A stretch of DNA of 64,000 nucleotides from Gammaproteobacteria bacterium UBA7803 (GTDB lineage Bacteria; Pseudomonadota; Gammaproteobacteria; Pseudomonadales; Azotimanducaceae), in the NCBI GenBank assembly GCA_002480525.1, contig DLCH01000030.1, forward strand, positions 6,850 through 70,849. Direction: 5' to 3'. Positions 63,453 through 64,000 of the stretch are shown here, piece after piece. Position numbers and translations under genes: made by a program. The stretch's first letter is position 1. Every line of letters begins with the position of its first letter. The notes beneath the pieces are model-generated. The model saw nothing but the letters and a program-made list of their open reading frames with translations, did not search any database and was not told the DNA's origin.

Positions 63453-64000
63453 TCATCCCGCCAGGGCCAGCGCCCGCTGCGCCAGGGCGGCCTGCCGCTC
63501 CAGGTCCGCGAGCAGCTCGGCCAGCCCGTCGCCCGGATCCTCGCGGTCGAGGCCCGCCAGCGTCCGAGTCGCGGCCCGGACCAGGGGTTTCATGCCGTGA
63601 CTGCCGGCTACCCGCTCCAGCTCCTGCAGTCCGGCGCGCAGCGGCTCCGCCTCGCCGCGGGTGGCAGCGGCCTGGAGGGTGCGCAGCCGATCCTCCAGAC
63701 TGCTGACGAACGCCCGTCGGTCCGGCGCAGCCGGCGCCGCGCCGCCCGCCGCAGCGTCGAGGAACCGCAGCACCACCTCCTCGAACCGGGCCTGGTCGAT
63801 GGGCTTGGCGAGCACGTCGTCGCAGCCCGCCGCTCGGTGCTGGCTGCCGTGGTCGGCCACCACGTCCGCCGTCAGGGCGACGATCGGCACCCGGCGCGGA
63901 CACTGCGCGCGGATCCGGCGCGTCGCCTCCTCACCGCCCATCACCGGCATGTGCATGTCCATGAGCACCAGATCCGGCGGGTCCGCGAGCACGGCCTCGA
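63453..64000 (-). CDS. Response-regulator receiver domain protein with C-terminal Hpt-like domain (N-terminus off window)
   Basis: The reading frame stays open to the window end. ...PDLVLMDMHMPVMGGEEATRRIR...VPIVALTADV...GCDDVLAKPI is the distal half of a REC domain, followed by a helical Hpt-like segment (LQELERVAGSHGMKPL). Confidence 0.75.
   Translation of the reverse strand, partial: EAVLADPPDLVLMDMHMPVMGGEEATRRIRAQCPRRVPIVALTADVVADHGSQHRAAGCDDVLAKPIDQARFEEVVLRFLDAAAGGAAPAAPDRRAFVSSLEDRLRTLQAAATRGEAEPLRAGLQELERVAGSHGMKPLVRAATRTLAGLDREDPGDGLAELLADLERQAALAQRALALAG

Overview
Very GC-rich, densely coding chromosomal segment with about 60 protein genes on both strands, and third codon positions almost always G or C. 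Gene content looks gammaproteobacterial: Pseudomonas-like BkdA1, long-type isocitrate lyase, membrane PQQ glucose dehydrogenase, large TonB-dependent receptors, and REP elements of the GTAGGAGCG...CGCGAT type. I found no rRNA, tRNA, transposase, integrase, phage gene, CRISPR array or recognisable defence system, so this reads as core or metabolic chromosome rather than an island. Many long ORFs in the supplied track are antisense or out-of-frame shadows typical of high-GC DNA. I called genes from recognisable protein families, Shine-Dalgarno context and start/stop coupling. The most interesting content is an aromatic amino-acid neighbourhood at 28.4-37.8 kb. It holds a divergent Lrp regulator and a translationally coupled hppD-VOC-FAH operon with no hmgA or maiA. 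It also holds a 410-aa phenylalanine hydroxylase with an N-terminal ACT regulatory domain (animal-type architecture), and a secreted chorismate mutase / cyclohexadienyl dehydratase fusion. A Tat-signal HisC-like aminotransferase at 47.2 kb could complete an extracytoplasmic chorismate-to-phenylalanine route. Other notable signals: (1) a REP-like hairpin family at six intergenic loci whose stems differ by compensatory changes, including a 4x28-bp head-to-tail array and a long variant with a 14-nt insert; (2) a second triple-hairpin array; (3) an AhpD/CMD-family gene interrupted by 17 nt exactly inside its CxxC motif, creating an in-frame TGA; (4) a strong-SD 43-codon upstream ORF whose stop overlaps the gcd start; (5) a PpsR/CrtJ-like PAS-HTH regulator next to a 972-aa TonB receptor whose promoter spacer carries a perfect palindrome. 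All functional calls rest on my reading of the translations and remembered family motifs. No database search was run.
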